This document shows, in pieces, positions 9,041-18,865 of a DNA stretch of 26,584 bases. Each line of letters begins with the position of its first letter. Position 1 is the stretch's first letter. Location of the stretch: contig VRVR01000058.1 of the NCBI GenBank assembly GCA_009859145.1, positions 23,135-49,718 on the forward strand, in the 5' to 3' direction. Source of the DNA: Andalucia godoyi And28. Taxonomy: Eukaryota; Protista; Jakobida. Below the pieces are notes generated by a model. That model saw nothing but the letters and a program-made list of their open reading frames with translations, was not told where the DNA came from and did not search any database. Both the position numbers and the translations under genes were made by a program.

Positions 9041-9768
9041 ATTTGGCTAGGGTGTTTGAAACCTCCATCACTGAAGGTTTTTGCATCGCATAATTTCCCG
9101 GCGATGCTCTCGTTCTGTTCTTCGGTGCTTTAGGCTTTGCGCCAATACAGTAAAAAGTAATCCTTCTGGTCTTGTTTGATGCCGAAATTTTCGAAGTAAA
9201 AAAACTTTCTATCTTGTTGCGCATTCCTACGTCTTTCTGTCGCAAACGGCCATTCTCCGCCGCGCTATCGTTGTGAAGGATTCGTTCTTGGCGGATACAA
9301 GCCTTACAGATTTGTAAGGTATTTATTTCCCGGAGCCGCTAGTCCTCGTCTGCGCCACGCCAGGAACAAAGCTCAAAGTGCACGCCACCTACCATGCTTT
9401 CATGCAGATGCACTGATTAGGACATCTGGATCATCCTGCTCTTTCTTTTGAGTGACATGACAACCACTGGACCAATCCACGCTTCCCATTGGGGGGGAAC
9501 TGTGAATGACATGTATAGGCAGACTACGGCACAACATTCCGGCGAACGAGGTGTTCTGGGCTACCGGCGGGTCCCAGTCTGCATCCACGCCGAAGCAAAC
9601 AATATTATGCGTGCCTTTTCTGGGAAAGAAGTGGCCCATCATTCGGCCTCGCTAGACAGCCCGGCAGCCGCCGCGGATTCGGGATGCCAGAATACATCCA
9701 TCTGCGCCAGAAATCTGCATTCTAACTTTTTCTTTTATTTCCATTGCTCTTCATAATCCGTGAAGCAC

Positions 9769-10386
9769 ATGAGTAATCGCATACTACTATCACTATGGCT
9801 AGCGGGAGTCTTCCTATGCTACGTCAGCAAGGGGGTTCACGCAGTCACCTGTCCAGCAGGGTCTTACGCAAATTCTTCAGCACCACAGGCGAACTGCACT
9901 CTCTGTCCTTCTGGAACCTTTAGCTCGGCAATCGGCGCAAATTCTTCGACGGCATGCACGCTCTGTCCTGCAGGCACGTTTGGAAACACAACGGGCGCCA
10001 CGAATGCGTCGTCGTGCGCGAAGTGCCCTGCTGGATCGTACTCGGCATCGAACGGCTCCAGCTCGTGCACGCTGTGTGCCGCGGGAACGTCGAGCAACGC
10101 AACGGGGGCTTCCAGCAGCTCCGCATGCAGCGCGTGCGCCGCTGGAACGTTTGGAAGTACTTCGGGAGCGTACGTTGCATCTGCGTGCGTATTATGTTCT
10201 GAAGGCTGGTTCTCTGCTGTTAGTGGCTCGACCGCTTGCACAGTTTGCCCTTCAGGCACGCATAGCAATCAGACATCCGGTAGCACGTATTGTTCGCCAA
10301 ATGCTACTGGAAACGCATCCGGCCCTTCGGTTTCGCTTTCCTTTATCTACGTGTTCACATTCTTGTTTGTCTTTGTGTCTCTTTAA
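9769..10386 (+). CDS. Cys-rich repeat surface protein (CPAG-type, ephrin-receptor-like/GCC2_GCC3-like repeats) with signal peptide and probable GPI signal
   Basis: The signal peptide is MSNRILLSLWLAGVFLCYVSKGVHA. Eight CPAGTF...GA..S.C repeats follow, then a small-residue omega region (NASG) and a hydrophobic tail (LSFIYVFTFLFVFVSL*). Confidence 0.9.
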   Translation: MSNRILLSLWLAGVFLCYVSKGVHAVTCPAGSYANSSAPQANCTLCPSGTFSSAIGANSSTACTLCPAGTFGNTTGATNASSCAKCPAGSYSASNGSSSCTLCAAGTSSNATGASSSSACSACAAGTFGSTSGAYVASACVLCSEGWFSAVSGSTACTVCPSGTHSNQTSGSTYCSPNATGNASGPSVSLSFIYVFTFLFVFVSL

Positions 10387-10730
10387 GTTATCCATGTATT
10401 CGTGTTTTCTTGTGTTCTGCATTATTTGGCAGTGGAAGTGTGCTTTGCTGCCACAAGTCCTGTAGACTCCGTGTGGTTTCCCAAAGAGACTGCATCATCC
10501 GAGAAATTACTGCAGTTGCTTCGTGTAAAGCCAAGAAATACCCATCTCCCTAAAATTTTCTTCTGATGATATCATGCTCTTGCAACGTAAGCATTCCGCT
10601 AATTTTGTCATTTTCTTAAATTAAGGTATTTCCTTTGATGGAGAGAGTCCGACCCAGAATGTTCGAGAAGCTGGCGCACAGCAGGAAGTACTCCGGAAGA
10701 TACTACATTGTTCGCACAGGCCGAGGTGTT

Positions 10731-12014
10731 TTATTTGAAAAGAACAGTGAGTATCGATGCGACCACGAGGCCTGCAATCTGAGACAGAGCAACTGGGACT
10801 GCAAACGAGGTGCTGTCGCCGGGATCCGTAAAGTTCGCATTGGAAAGCAGTGCCTTGTAGATGAATCCCGCGGGGGTTTCCTCGGAGGCCCACGCGTACA
10901 GATTCGGTTTCCGCTCCGCAAGAACGACTCCCAGGCCTCGTCGAGGTAATCCGCCGTTCGATGACGTGTAGGTGTGGATGGGATACTGCATCGTGCTCAG
11001 CTGTCCTCCCGCGATGTAATCGACGTACAAGGAGGACGTTGTTTGTCGCGGAACAGATGCGCGGGCGCACGTATACGTGATTGGACTGGATGGAATAAAC
11101 CATGTGCTTGATGTCACGTTGACCGCAAAGTCTCCAAAGCTTGCGAGGCCCGTGTAGGGATCCACGAAGTCGCATCCATCTGTTTGTAGCGGGGACGAAC
11201 CATCTGGTCCGGCGAAAGTATCATTGAAAGTGAACACACGTGCAGCTGTGGAGAAGTTCAGAAGATTCACTCTGTCCACATCTGCCTTGTTCGTTTCTGT
11301 AAAGAACACCCAAAATCCATGGGTGTACAACGCTTCGAACGTACCGGGAATCCGCGCAATGTCGAAAATCCCCTGATCGCGCACTCCAAAGTCGGTGAAA
11401 GTGTTCACAGTCGTGCCACTGAGAGTATGCAAATCGACGGCAACAGAATGGGTTAGTTCGCCCTGCATGACGTGGTGCCGGAACGAAAAGAACGCATTCA
11501 TGGAACACTGACACGCCGCAACCTCATCGAACAGGATGGGATAGCCAATAATTTCGGTACCTCCAAAACGCATATCGTTTGCAGTCATCGTCACATTCAG
11601 ACTGAATCCGTCCTCCACGAGCAGTGTTTCTGCGTTGATCTGCAAAAAGTGCGCTTGAACAGTGTCGCTCAGAGAGCCGTTGCTGACAACAGCATAGAGC
11701 TTGCCGCGAGACGGAGAGTAGCCCAGCGAAACAGGGGGGCCGTACACAGTAGGAAGAGCAATGTAGCTTTCGAGGCTCATGTCGCCACGCGTGTCAATGC
11801 GAGCAATTCCGGGATTGGGTTCGGCAACGCTGATGTACATCTTTGACTGGTACTCGTCCAGAGTCACTGCTTCTCCGAACTTCATGCCTGGAAGCTCAAG
11901 GGTCGCCGTGATGTGAACCGCGCTGTCGGGTGCCGACGGGTAGCAGAGCGACCCGGATGCTGCTGCAAACGCAAGGAAAGCCCACATGCTCAGGGCGAGA
12001 AGCGATGTCTTCAT
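10731..12014 (-). CDS. Secreted, probably GPI-anchored beta-rich (propeller-like) surface protein (427 aa)
   Basis: ATG at 12014 (the ORF track starts at GTG 12020); signal peptide MKTSLLALSMWAFLAFAAASG; hydrophobic C-terminus VALSQIAGLVVASILTVLFK*. Paralogous to the C-terminal half of 13740-16052. Confidence 0.88.
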   Translation of the reverse strand: MKTSLLALSMWAFLAFAAASGSLCYPSAPDSAVHITATLELPGMKFGEAVTLDEYQSKMYISVAEPNPGIARIDTRGDMSLESYIALPTVYGPPVSLGYSPSRGKLYAVVSNGSLSDTVQAHFLQINAETLLVEDGFSLNVTMTANDMRFGGTEIIGYPILFDEVAACQCSMNAFFSFRHHVMQGELTHSVAVDLHTLSGTTVNTFTDFGVRDQGIFDIARIPGTFEALYTHGFWVFFTETNKADVDRVNLLNFSTAARVFTFNDTFAGPDGSSPLQTDGCDFVDPYTGLASFGDFAVNVTSSTWFIPSSPITYTCARASVPRQTTSSLYVDYIAGGQLSTMQYPIHTYTSSNGGLPRRGLGVVLAERKPNLYAWASEETPAGFIYKALLSNANFTDPGDSTSFAVPVALSQIAGLVVASILTVLFK

Positions 12015-12543
12015 CTTCACACGATACTGTTGACAAGTTCTCAGAAATGTTGCTGCAGAAATGAAGAATCATCGAACAAACATAAACAGGTGAGACATCT
12101 CTGCCCGGACATGTTCCTTATGTACGTTTACGGTGTCATCGAAAAGAGAGTGTGTGTGTGTGTGTCGCAGTCGACAGACAGTGGACGGCAAATGCTTCCG
12201 TCGAGTTTGGACCCCCGAGTCCGTCACACCGCTGCAGTCCCTGGTCACAGACAACAGATATATGAACAAGTTGACTTCCATTCGTCCGCGCCTCTGGATC
12301 GCACTGAACGCGTCCAGTGGATCGCCTTTCATTCCGACCCTCTCTGATGTTTCCCACTGTATTGTGGCAGGAGGCTGTCGTGTTTTTGATCAAGTCTCCA
12401 TAAATGGAAAGAGGAGCTGTGAGCAGCGATAGAAATCGTACCATGCGTCTGGGTTATGGAAGTCCCTTTGACTTGAAGAGCCTGTTGGAGGGGGGCACTG
12501 GCACTGGCACTGGGCACACGGGTGGAGAGACTCTGCTAGCATT

Positions 12544-13569
12544 TTGTCCCCCCAACTCAGAGGGTGGGAAACCGTTTTGCTTGCCAGGGTGATTCGGAAC
12601 ACGAATGAGCTTCAGAGTTTCATTGTGCGGACTCGAAGACTTCTGCCCCGGCACTTGCCGCAGAAGGGCGCGTGGACTGATTCGTTGTCTTCCGCGAATC
12701 ATTTTTCGCGGCGTGCTACGAGCAGATCCGCGGTAGCGTCTCGTCAAGCAGCCCGAGATCTGCACGAGCAACCGTCCCCCGAACAGGGGATCATGATGCA
12801 GATCTGCTTATGCATGGCAGATATGCCGTCAATCACTAGGCAGCAAGCAACCGAACTGGCTGGGGGCTTTCTGGAATCAGGATTGTCTGAAGACTTGGAG
12901 CTGCACGTGAAAACGGCTCGAAATTCACCCACAACTTTTCACAGGCAACAAATCAACGGCGATCGCAAAAACAAATCGTCATACCACGAACTCTTGACAA
13001 ACCATGGATGCGACGTGTTTTTCAAAACCGCTCTGCTGCTCTTGTTGATGCTCGCAGTCGCAGACGTGTTTTGCCCGGATATAGTGTTGTACGAGATTTT
13101 TCCTGCACTTGTAGTCGCACGTGAGGACTCGTCTTTGAAAATGCTTCGAGCAATTCTTCGATTTGTCAATGTCGAGCACATCCAAGGAACACAAGCCGTG
13201 GGCCGCCGACGCCGGCAAAAGAATGAGACGCCGGATGACCGGGAGTCACTTCCTGAACATTTACTGGATGAGAAAAAAGGGGGAGGCGGGGAGAGACATC
13301 ATCGATTCTATCTCGTGACGAGAACACACAGATTCTACGCGGTCTCGTCTGGGATCAAACAGCCGTTGCACAAAAAGAAAAAGAAAAAAACAGGGGAAAA
13401 AACAGGAGATAAACAAAGTCTGTGGGGCCTGTCTTTTTTTTCTTCTTTTGTTTATTGCATTTTTGCTCTGTTCAGATTCATCCGTGATGGGTATGCGAGA
13501 TCACTGCGGACAGCCGTCAGAGCAAAAAACATTCGAAAAATTGTTCAGCAGAAAGTTCAGAGGAAATAG
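12544..13569 (+). CDS. Long ORF of uncertain coding status (341 aa)
   Basis: The length is unlikely by chance, but it starts with TTG, has no recognisable domain and has a poly-A-derived 3' part. The first ATG is near 12793. Confidence 0.3.
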   Translation: MSPQLRGWETVLLARVIRNTNELQSFIVRTRRLLPRHLPQKGAWTDSLSSANHFSRRATSRSAVASRQAARDLHEQPSPEQGIMMQICLCMADMPSITRQQATELAGGFLESGLSEDLELHVKTARNSPTTFHRQQINGDRKNKSSYHELLTNHGCDVFFKTALLLLLMLAVADVFCPDIVLYEIFPALVVAREDSSLKMLRAILRFVNVEHIQGTQAVGRRRRQKNETPDDRESLPEHLLDEKKGGGGERHHRFYLVTRTHRFYAVSSGIKQPLHKKKKKKTGEKTGDKQSLWGLSFFSSFVYCIFALFRFIRDGYARSLRTAVRAKNIRKIVQQKVQRK

Positions 13570-13739
13570 CGAGCGACATGCGATATCCCCCTTCCTTGTC
13601 TTTCGAGAGCATTTCGTGTAGAAGACAAGTTTCCCTACAAGGACCGCTTCAGTATTTAAGCATGCAGAGAAAATGAACGTTTCCGATTGCATTGTGTTTG
13701 TTTATTTATTTATTTTCGTAACTCAAAACACTGCGAACC

Positions 13740-16052
13740 ATGCGATCTGCAAGCTGGGTGACTGTTTTTGTAATCTTGGCTGCGGCGTGCCTCGTGGTTC
13801 GCGGCCAGGGTGGCGGCGATCCTCCGTACTTCAAAGTGCTCGCAACCTTGAGAGAGGAAGGGTTCGGGCGTAATCTGCTGCCGTTTGTCCTGTGCGATCC
13901 TCTGGGAGCAACCGCACTTGTGCAGTACGAAGACGATCAACAAGGGGGACTGACTGAACTGTTTCTCTCTGCCGACCACGTTCTGACTCGGGGTCCTGAC
14001 CGTGCATTCTCACGAAGCATCTTGAATGCATTTGCCTGGGCAGTGGACTTTGGACAAAATGCATTTTACACGTTCAACTACACGTACCTAAATCGTTTGG
14101 ATCTCGTGACTGGTCAACGAACCGGAAGTCTTTTTTTCTCGGGTCTGAAAGACCAAGCAGTCGTGGACTCGTTTGCGCAACAACTCTACGTCGTGTCCGG
14201 TTCTGTTGTCAGAAGAATTGACCTCGTGAATTTCAGCGGTATCGATGCAACAGGGAAGGAGTTCGATGGACTGGCTGTCAGGCTGATGAAATCGTATGGC
14301 TCCACGCTGTTTGTCTTCACCAGCACGAGTCCGTCGAGAACAACCACAGCCCTGGTCGGCACAATCCAAGTTCTGGATGCTTTCACGCTCCAGCCGTTGC
14401 AACAGCCGATTGAGTTTTGGAGAGAGCCGTTTCCAGAGTATGTTGCTGGCGAGCCGCACGACTTGACTCCGGTGGTTCTTGCTGAGGACCCCCTGCAACC
14501 AGCATGGTTCCTGTATTTCCACGGCCATCTGCTCATGTTCAGTCCGCTCACTCGTCAGATGAGCATGGTAATCCAGGACATGATTCCTGACGAAGACTTT
14601 ACTCCGCTGACCATGGTGATTAGCGAGAGCGGAAATACAATGTCCATTGGTGGATACGACGAGAACGGCATCGCCACGGTGTTGACCTTGACACGCTCCT
14701 GTTCGGACCAGGGTGTTCCCACAGCGTTTGGACTTTCAAGCGCAACGACTTTGGCGTCGGACGCAGAAGAAGTGGTGGGCGCTTGCGTCTTGGATAGGCA
14801 CACTTTGATGATTGCATTGCAGTCTTCCGCCGCACCGCGTGTCGTGCAGGTAGCCTTGAGGGACTATCAAGTCCCGTGGATTGAGAACATTGTTCTGTAT
14901 CCTCGTGGCGGAATTAGTGACTTTGGGCCTGGAGCTGCTATTGACGAAGAAAGGCGCATCATGCATATCCCTGTCCGACGGCCCGTGAAAGGTATTGCTA
15001 CCGTCAGCCTGGAAGGGCCAATGAGCATACAGAACCGTATGGAGCTGGGCGCAGGATTCCAGGAGCCGCTATTTCTGCAAGCAGTTGATTCCGGTGCTAC
15101 TCTTGTTGCCCTCGTGCCGTACATCAACGGGACATCGGAGTGGGGAGACTTGACGGGCGTCAACTACCTCGCACGAATTGATGCAGCTTCGTTGGTGGTA
15201 CAGGCTCTGGTACCAATGGGGAGCTTTTCATTCTCCAGTTCCGCAAGTGCGGCAGTCGTCGGATTCGACCCTTCTGGGAGATATCTTGTGTTCACCTTTG
15301 TGGGAAATACACCGATCGGCCTCATGCACTACTTGTTCATCGCCGATCTCCAAACCTGGACTGTCCGAGAACTGGCAAACTTTCCGGACCCAAGTGATAA
15401 CTTTCATCACCGCGAGGACATCTCCATCATTCCAGGAACGTTTGAAGCATATGTCACCGAGACTTCGGAAGGCCCCGTTGCACCTGTGGGTTCGGCAATC
15501 ATTTCCAGACGAAATCTGCTGGACTATTCGCTGATTGCCGACGTATTCCGTTTTAGCTATGATTACGAGGACAGCCGAGGAGAGACCGTCGATCCGCGGA
15601 ATGTCCGTTTCTACGACTTGCAACGGAATGTCGCCAACTTTGGACAGATTGAAGTCGATCTCACCACCAACCAATACACCATTGTGGATGTGATTCCCAA
15701 TACCAGCCCAGAGTTTTCGATGCTCGTTGAGGACCGAAGCCTCTCGGTGGTTATCATCCCCGCAGGGACGTTTGACACGTATACCTTCCTGGTCGCAAAC
15801 ACAACAGATCGCAGAAGTGCATCGCTGGCGCTTGCAAACAACCTCGAATTGCTATTCACATGGTTCTCTGAAGGAGATACCGCTACGCTTGTGAAGGCCG
15901 CGCTTAGCGAAGAAGCAGCAAACACGTTTGTCGAGGAAATTCAAAATCCATCGGATCCCCTTCCATCCTTCGCTCCTGTGTTTTCTGTTTCATCAGGAAC
16001 ACTGGCACTGCTGACCCTCGCTGCAACCATGTTTGGCATCACTGGTGTGTAG
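13740..16052 (+). CDS. Large secreted, probably GPI-anchored beta-propeller-like surface protein (770 aa)
   Basis: Signal peptide MRSASWVTVFVILAAACLVVRG; blade-like motifs (LNRLDLVTG, VRRIDLVNF, LARIDAASL); hydrophobic tail SSGTLALLTLAATMFGITGV*. Confidence 0.9.
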   Translation: MRSASWVTVFVILAAACLVVRGQGGGDPPYFKVLATLREEGFGRNLLPFVLCDPLGATALVQYEDDQQGGLTELFLSADHVLTRGPDRAFSRSILNAFAWAVDFGQNAFYTFNYTYLNRLDLVTGQRTGSLFFSGLKDQAVVDSFAQQLYVVSGSVVRRIDLVNFSGIDATGKEFDGLAVRLMKSYGSTLFVFTSTSPSRTTTALVGTIQVLDAFTLQPLQQPIEFWREPFPEYVAGEPHDLTPVVLAEDPLQPAWFLYFHGHLLMFSPLTRQMSMVIQDMIPDEDFTPLTMVISESGNTMSIGGYDENGIATVLTLTRSCSDQGVPTAFGLSSATTLASDAEEVVGACVLDRHTLMIALQSSAAPRVVQVALRDYQVPWIENIVLYPRGGISDFGPGAAIDEERRIMHIPVRRPVKGIATVSLEGPMSIQNRMELGAGFQEPLFLQAVDSGATLVALVPYINGTSEWGDLTGVNYLARIDAASLVVQALVPMGSFSFSSSASAAVVGFDPSGRYLVFTFVGNTPIGLMHYLFIADLQTWTVRELANFPDPSDNFHHREDISIIPGTFEAYVTETSEGPVAPVGSAIISRRNLLDYSLIADVFRFSYDYEDSRGETVDPRNVRFYDLQRNVANFGQIEVDLTTNQYTIVDVIPNTSPEFSMLVEDRSLSVVIIPAGTFDTYTFLVANTTDRRSASLALANNLELLFTWFSEGDTATLVKAALSEEAANTFVEEIQNPSDPLPSFAPVFSVSSGTLALLTLAATMFGITGV

Positions 16053-16079
16053 TTTCCGACGAGTTGTGTACTTCCAGAG

Positions 16080-16866
16080 GTGTTTTCGATCGATCAAGTA
16101 AAAAAAGACTGCAGCTGTGCGGAAAACCGCTATCGTCTTACATGTCGATCATCAATGCACTCCGTGCTCCTCCGAGTCCTCCAGACGAAAAATGGCGTGA
16201 CGGACAGCGTTCTGGTTGAGCAACGGCGGATCGACCTCTCAGTCTATTTTGCCATCACCACATACACACTTGCGCTTTTTCAACTGACGGAGCCAAGACA
16301 CCTAGTCAAACGACTGGCGCGCAGGTTTGAAACAGCAATTTCTGCCGAACTGGTGCGGAAACCAGAGAGTCTACGGGCCAGCTGGCCCCGCGATCTCATA
16401 TGCGAGACAAGTGCTACTGCAGCGTGTCGTTACGCATGCACGCACCTACTTCCCTCAGAGTATGAAGGGAGCACCTGTCATCCCACGAAAGATCCTGGAC
16501 GAAGGAGACGAAGGTGCCGAAAGTGCTCATGCAATTCTAGAAAAGTATCGCATTTGGCGTTTGGCGCTTCTCCCAAACAGCACATCGCAAGTATACAAAC
16601 ACGGTACAGTCCCCGAACCTGAGGAGCGCTCCTTTGATGACCAAAATCCACTGCAAATGCCGTTGATTACAGAAAAAGATTCCGTTCAGAATGGTCGCAA
16701 CGGGAGCGCAGTCGAGGAAAAGAAAAGAATCGGAGAGAGCATTCTCCCCGGATCTTACCACCAACGTGCTGCGGCGATCCGAAGCCCACCACACATCAAG
16801 CAATCCCGTTTCTGTCGGACGAAAAAGGACAGCGCCCCCCGGAATTGGCCAGGTTTACCGCTCTGA
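16080..16866 (+). pseudogene. Frameshifted unknown gene (two overlapping ORFs joined near 16468)
   Basis: Protein-like sequence in frame 16080 (..RYACTHLLPSEYEG) continues in frame 16327 (APVIPRKILDEGDEGAESAHAILEKYRIW..) if one G of GGG at 16467-16469 is removed. Confidence 0.45.
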
Positions 16867-17424
16867 CAAAAATGCCACCTTTCCTTCAGCATTTGCTGAC
16901 GCAGCCCGATTGTGATGCAAACCCTTTCAGCCAAAACAGCGTGCCAGTCGTTTGCGTGAGGGCAAATCCTGTGGCTAAACGTTGAAGCACACCACAATGT
17001 TTCCAGCTTTTGCGGACCAAAAAGGTCAAAAAAGCATCTTGCGGACGTCGAGTAAAACCTTCGGGATATCCGTGACCAATTCTGAAATGCAGCCCCCCGG
17101 TTTGGACCGCGGTCGACTTCAATAGCAGCTTGTGGTGCTTCGCAGTGCGAACAGAATGCAATTCTAATCATGCGAGGCACGACTATAAAAAGGTCGACGT
17201 ATTTTGCAAGTCCGGTCAAGTGGAAGACTGGAAGTTGTCAAGTCCCCATTTGGCCATCTGCTCGGGTTTTTCCTCAAATCCCCCATTGTCCCCGTGTGTT
17301 TGTCTCACAGTTGCGATGCGGAAGTGATGGGAGTTTGGGTCCATTGCTTCCGGGTTTAACATGTCTGTTTGTTCTGGCGTTCCGTTTTTTGCTTTCTTTT
17401 GCGTTCTTTCTGTCAGATTGGAAA

Positions 17425-17480
17425 GTGAGTTGTGAGTTGTGAGTTGTGTGTTGTGTGTTGTGTGTTGTGTGTTGTGTGCT
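17425..17480. repeat. 7-bp tandem repeat: (GTGAGTT)3(GTGTGTT)4(GTGTGCT)1
   Basis: Seen directly, about 70 bp upstream of the cyclase ATG. Confidence 0.95.
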
Positions 17481-17548
17481 GTGATAGTCACTTTGGAGTT
17501 CGAAGAGTGCATTACTTTCTGAAGTTTTTTTTTTTTAAAAGATCGACG

Positions 17549-18712
17549 ATGACGGAGTGTAATGTCGATTTCAAACAAGTGTTTGATCACTGCATTGCAG
17601 AGCGTTCTGTGGTGGTAAGAGCCATGGAACCGTATACGATTGTTGCAGTAACGGATATGTATTTACAGTTTTCATCACGAGCAAGGGAGGAGGTCGTTGG
17701 TCGTGACTTCTTCCAGGCATTTCCGACGCCGCCTGGCTCTACTGGATCTCTTCTCAAAGCATCTTTTGATATTGTCAAGACTGGAAAATTGTGTCATGTT
17801 ATGGAGATGCAGCGATTCGATGAAATCTTACTCGAGGAGGACCATTCAGGAGACATTCCTGTAAGTCGGGAACGGCATTGGGTGTCCACGAATACCCCCG
17901 TGTTTGACCAACAATCAGGTAACCTGACGCACATACTTCACCACATTGATGACGTCACGTGCACGGTTGTCAATGGTCGCCAAGAGAGTGAATGTGAACG
18001 CTTACGACTCCACACGGTGGCTCTCGAATCCACGATTGAGGAGAACACTAAAGTGATGGATGATGCATTGCAAGAGCACATTGCGCAGTCGGCGTTGCTC
18101 GTTAAACTTCTTCCTAAAAGCCTCGTGGAGCGACTGCGCCACGAAAAGCTGCCGTTGGCTGGCAATCATCGAAATGCATGTGTCATGTTTGCAGATATGG
18201 TGGGATTCTGCGATCTTACGATGAAAGTGGGAGATCCGCTAAAGCTGATGGACGTTTTGCACAAGCTGTTCTCGGCATTCGACGACGCCTGTTCTGCACA
18301 TGATCGTCGCGTCGAACGAATCAAACTTATCGGAGACTGCTACATGGCAGCAACAGGCATCCATGACTTTTTGGATGATGGGGATGATGATGCTGCCTCG
18401 GCTTGCCGGCGAATTTGTGAAGCGGCCTTCGATTTCATTCCTGCTGCTGCTGCGTTGAACATCAATTTGCGTATTGGTATCAGCTGCGGTCCGGTTGCCA
18501 GTGGTATCGTTGGCACGCAAAAACCGCAGTTTGACACTTGGGGAGAGAGTGTGAATATGGCGAGTCGCCTGGAGGGCTGTGCAGTCACAAACACGATTCT
18601 GGTTACTCCGAGAGTTTATCAATATGTTGCTGGACTGTGGCAAGCGAAAGCGCTGACCGTCAACGCAAAGGGTTATGGTGCTATTTCAGTGTATGAGCTC
18701 ATTCCCAAATAA
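17549..18712 (+). CDS. Soluble PAS-domain class III adenylate cyclase (387 aa)
   Basis: The N-terminal PAS/PAC is AVTDMYLQ..REEVVGRDFFQAFP..RHWVSTNTPVFD..HILHHIDDVT. The cyclase motifs are FADMVGF, RIKLIGDCYM, GISCGPVASG and FDTWGESVNMASRLE; the K and D specificity residues indicate ATP. No TM segment. Confidence 0.93.
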   Translation: MTECNVDFKQVFDHCIAERSVVVRAMEPYTIVAVTDMYLQFSSRAREEVVGRDFFQAFPTPPGSTGSLLKASFDIVKTGKLCHVMEMQRFDEILLEEDHSGDIPVSRERHWVSTNTPVFDQQSGNLTHILHHIDDVTCTVVNGRQESECERLRLHTVALESTIEENTKVMDDALQEHIAQSALLVKLLPKSLVERLRHEKLPLAGNHRNACVMFADMVGFCDLTMKVGDPLKLMDVLHKLFSAFDDACSAHDRRVERIKLIGDCYMAATGIHDFLDDGDDDAASACRRICEAAFDFIPAAAALNINLRIGISCGPVASGIVGTQKPQFDTWGESVNMASRLEGCAVTNTILVTPRVYQYVAGLWQAKALTVNAKGYGAISVYELIPK

Positions 18713-18796
18713 AACAGATAAACGACAGCATCAAAGGAGGACGTTCGCGTGCAATTTGGCAAGACATTCCTCGAAGTGATTACTCATGAGAGGGAG

Positions 18797-18802
<6 letters not shown>

Positions 18803-18846
<44 letters not shown>
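18803..18846. repeat. (CT)22 microsatellite
   Basis: Seen directly between convergent genes. Confidence 0.97.
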
Positions 18847-18850
<4 letters not shown>

Positions 18851-18865
18851 AGAGGCGATGTTTGT

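Noticed and set aside
4474-15925. Long antisense ORFs (4474-5358, 5966-6619, 6826-7386, 9864-10268, 14088-14528, 15228-15674 and others)
   Set aside because: They are shadows of better-supported genes on the opposite strand and have no independent domain signal.
16755-17219. FCSHC..VDRGPNRGA as another TnpB Zn-ribbon/RuvC-III remnant
   Set aside because: The catalytic RD is absent, the spacing is wrong and there are no other Fanzor motifs or 3' hairpins nearby.
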